From: Promethearchaeota archaeon
Lineage (GTDB): Archaea; Asgardarchaeota; Lokiarchaeia; Sigyniarchaeales; SOKP01
DNA length: 50,559 bases
Direction: 5' to 3'
NCBI GenBank assembly: GCA_048941015.1
Contig: JBHLNZ010000017.1
Location: forward strand, 1-50,559
The notes under the pieces: generated by a model
Databases searched by the model: none
What the model was told of the DNA's origin: nothing
What the model saw: the letters and a program-made list of their open reading frames with translations, nothing else
Part shown: positions 47,764-50,559 of the stretch, in pieces
Layout of the letters: the number at the start of each line of letters is the position of its first letter
Position numbering within the stretch: position 1 is the stretch's first letter
Position numbers and translations under genes: made by a program

Positions 47764-49167
47764 ATGAGCGAATTAAAAGAAGAAAAATCTGAGAGTTTTT
47801 CGACCAGAAAGGCCATTATATTTGGTATAGGCCAATTCTCTGATGCTATAGCACTTCAAATGTTTACAATTTATGTATTTACATTTTATTATGCTGTAGT
47901 TGGAGTAAATGTTAATCTCATCACACTTGGATTTATCTTATGGTCTCTCTGGAATGCTTTCAATGATCCACTATTAGGTGCTTTATCAGATCGAACAAAA
48001 ACAAGATGGGGAAGACGGAAACCGTATATTATTGCTTCGATAATACCCTTATGTGTAATTATCGTTTTGTTATGGACTCCACCAACTAATACGGAAATAG
48101 CTTCTTTCATATATTTTATCATTATTATGATTCTATTTGATACTTTCTTTACAATGTATGATCTAAATTATTGCGCTTTATTTCCCGAAATTTTCCAAAA
48201 TTTAAATGATAGAGCAAGAGCAAGTGCTTTCAAACAAATTTTTACGGTTATTGGATTATTATTTGCTTTTATGGTTCCTACCATTATAATTCCTGATTTG
48301 ACGAATAGTGCATATATTTCCGAATATATGTATGCTGGAATAGTTATGAGTGTGATCATCTTTATTGGCGCTTTTTTTATGATTAAATTTGGTATTAAAG
48401 AAAGAACTGAATTTTCAGAAGATTATAAAACCGCTCCATCAATTTTTGCTTCATTGAAATATTCTTTAAAGAATAAATCTTTCCGAATATTCATTATTAT
48501 GAATGTAACATATTGGTATGTAGTAGGAATGCTCCCAGTAGTAGTTCCACTTTATGGAAGATTCGTTTTGCAAATAGGAGAAGGAGAATCATTTTTACTC
48601 GGTTTACTTCTAGGGGTTGCTTTTATTTCTGCAGCTATTTTTATGGCTTTATGGCGATTTATCATAGTTAAAGTTGGAATGAAAAGAGGGGTTATGATAT
48701 CAATGATAACCTTTATTATAACACTAGCGCCATTCATGTTCATAAATGACGTGTTATCTGCATTTATTGCTTTTTTATTTGCAGGTTTAGGTCTTTCAGG
48801 GGCAATATTTTTTGGGGATATACTTCTTTCAGCAATTATAGATGAGGATGAATTAATCACAGGAACAAGGAGAGAAGGAGGATATTTCGGAATTAATGCT
48901 CTACTTACTAAATTATCTACTATTTTAGTAATATTAAGTATTAATATAGTCTTTAATTCTGTGGGGTGGGCTGTATTTGATCCTTTAGGCACTACTTTTC
49001 AAACTATTTTTGGTCTTAGAAGCTTGATCTTCATATTTCCTGCTTGTGCTTTAATGATCGGATTAGTAGCAATTAGCTGGTTCCCTATAACAAAGAGAAA
49101 GTATCAAACTATCAAGGAAGAAATCGAAAAACTGCATATAGAAAAAAGAAAGAAAATAATACCTTAA
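47764..49167 (+). CDS. GPH/MelB-family MFS sugar:cation symporter
   Basis: WNAFNDPLLG.LSDRTKTRWGRRKPY; DEDELITGTRREGGYFG; about 12 TMs. Confidence 0.92.
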   Translation: MSELKEEKSESFSTRKAIIFGIGQFSDAIALQMFTIYVFTFYYAVVGVNVNLITLGFILWSLWNAFNDPLLGALSDRTKTRWGRRKPYIIASIIPLCVIIVLLWTPPTNTEIASFIYFIIIMILFDTFFTMYDLNYCALFPEIFQNLNDRARASAFKQIFTVIGLLFAFMVPTIIIPDLTNSAYISEYMYAGIVMSVIIFIGAFFMIKFGIKERTEFSEDYKTAPSIFASLKYSLKNKSFRIFIIMNVTYWYVVGMLPVVVPLYGRFVLQIGEGESFLLGLLLGVAFISAAIFMALWRFIIVKVGMKRGVMISMITFIITLAPFMFINDVLSAFIAFLFAGLGLSGAIFFGDILLSAIIDEDELITGTRREGGYFGINALLTKLSTILVILSINIVFNSVGWAVFDPLGTTFQTIFGLRSLIFIFPACALMIGLVAISWFPITKRKYQTIKEEIEKLHIEKRKKIIP

Positions 49168-49286
49168 AAATAATTAATTCCTTTTTTTTTTTGGTTATTA
49201 AATTTAATATTTCTGTGATTATTACTTTCTTACACAAAAACATAATTAGATTTATTAAATTAGATTTAAAAAAGGGGTAACTAAAA

Positions 49287-50132
49287 TTGAATGAGAAATA
49301 TATAAGAAATGAAATGAATTTAGATCAAACTAAAGAAAAATTAAACAGATTTGGTAATATAAGTTTTACAATTGTTTTAGTTCAGCCAGAAACTGCAGGT
49401 AATATTGGTTTCATAGCCAGAAATATGAAGAATTTCAATTTTGAAAATTTGGTAATTTTCAATCCAATAGAGAGCATTCAAAACATTCTTAGCCATGAAA
49501 CTCAGGGATACGCGATGCATGGAAGCGATATCCTTTCGAATGCGATGATTATAGAAATTAAGAATCAAGAAAATCATATACAAAAATTTCATAAATTTAT
49601 GAGTAGTTTCGATTTGGTTGTTGCCACTACTGCGAAGGGAATGCATTTTCGAAATATTAGAAGGCTTCCAATATTTATTGAAGATTTTAAACTTCCAATC
49701 TCTAAAAAACCTTTAAATATTGCTTTGGTTTTTGGAAAAGAGTCACGTGGTCTTACTAATGAAGAGATTGAAATTGCGGATATTCTTGTTAGAATTCCAT
49801 CAAATGATGATTATCCAACATTAAATCTTTCTCATGCATGTAGTATTATTCTCTATGAAATTAATAAAAAAAGAAATGTTCTTAATTTAGGGCGAGGAAA
49901 TAAACCAATTCTATTAGCAAATAAGCAAGAGAGATATATCCTTTATCAGATTATTAGTAATGTTATAAACAAGTTAAAAGTTAGAACTCACAAAAAAGAA
50001 AAGATCTTGTTTTCTTTTAAAAACGTGTTTGAAAGAGCAATTATAACAAAAAAAGAATTAAGTCTTATTTTAGGGGTATTTTCAAAATTAGAACGAATAC
50101 TTCAAAACTTAAAACTATATCAAAAGAATTAA
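49287..50132 (+). CDS. trmJ: TrmJ/TrmH-family SPOUT RNA methyltransferase
   Basis: IVLVQP...GNIG.IAR.MKNF, ALVFGKE..GLTNEE, YPTLNLSHA. Confidence 0.88.
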   Translation: MNEKYIRNEMNLDQTKEKLNRFGNISFTIVLVQPETAGNIGFIARNMKNFNFENLVIFNPIESIQNILSHETQGYAMHGSDILSNAMIIEIKNQENHIQKFHKFMSSFDLVVATTAKGMHFRNIRRLPIFIEDFKLPISKKPLNIALVFGKESRGLTNEEIEIADILVRIPSNDDYPTLNLSHACSIILYEINKKRNVLNLGRGNKPILLANKQERYILYQIISNVINKLKVRTHKKEKILFSFKNVFERAIITKKELSLILGVFSKLERILQNLKLYQKN

Positions 50133-50152
50133 TTGAAAAAAGGAATTATAAA

Positions 50153-50374
50153 TTATATAGCTTCATAACGTTTAGGAGCTTTTCCTAAAATAATAATCTT
50201 ATCGGGCTTTTCCTTCTTTATTCGTTTGATCACTTTTGCTAAAGCATTTGGGCTAGAATATCCCATTGCTTCAGCCCATTCTCTTGCAGAAGCCTTTCCT
50301 ATTTCTTTTAATTTATCTAAACACATCTGATCATATGTTTTTAATACTTTCTGTTGCAATCCATATTTCACCAA
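50153..50374 (-). CDS. Small helix-turn-helix / winged-helix-like protein
   Basis: ASAREWAEAMGYSSPNALAKVIKRI; basic composition. Confidence 0.6.
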   Translation of the reverse strand: MVKYGLQQKVLKTYDQMCLDKLKEIGKASAREWAEAMGYSSPNALAKVIKRIKKEKPDKIIILGKAPKRYEAI

Positions 50375-50559
50375 AGAATATGCTAAAGACTTAGAGAGAA
50401 TTTGGTTTTAATTTCCTATAATCATATTAGATACTGGATTATAAAAAGAATGATGAAGATAAATTGTAATTAATATCGGTAGGACTGTAGTCTAATACAT
50501 ATTTCTTGTATTAGTTGCCAAAATCAATGTCTATAAAGAATTATAAGATAAATTATTTA

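Noticed and set aside
575-49646. Short antisense or overlapping ORFs in the track (e.g. 575-766, 3162-3377, 13134-13472, 34569-35099, 48552-48992)
   Set aside because: They lie inside well-supported genes and have the composition expected of shadow frames; no motifs.
1-50559. rRNA, tRNA, transposase, integrase, prophage or defence genes
   Set aside because: No GC-rich cloverleaf or rRNA-like segments and no recognisable motifs were seen by eye; tRNAscan-SE and Infernal would be needed to exclude them formally.

Overview
AT-rich, gene-dense archaeal window. Its content points to an Asgard archaeon, probably Lokiarchaeia (inference): an actin-related protein, two small GTPases with long extensions, longin-like domains, a Loki-CTERM-type surface protein and GGTGA/AGGTG Shine-Dalgarno motifs. 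Recognisable housekeeping and metabolic genes are nfo, hxlB/PHI, split MgtE plus PhoU/TrkA-C, type IA topoisomerase, a PAS histidine kinase, purD, M32 carboxypeptidase, ilvD, AOR, a corrinoid-MtaA fusion, a GPH-family MFS transporter and TrmJ. No rRNA, tRNA, CRISPR array or transposase was seen. The best candidate for an undescribed system is the co-oriented locus at 8362-11664: a coiled-coil / proline-rich / WH2-like protein, a PIG-L deacetylase, a divergent actin-related protein with substituted catalytic residues, and an unannotated winged-helix-like ORF. Other highlights are two genes that appear to start at ATT/ATA/ATC codons behind Shine-Dalgarno motifs, a longin-fused Arf-like GTPase with degenerate switch motifs facing a HEAT/coiled-coil gene pair, a structured intergenic element at 41756-41879, a corrinoid domain with His replaced by Trp, and a BlaI/protease/ABC module with a candidate operator. 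All family calls come from motif recognition by eye; no searches were run.
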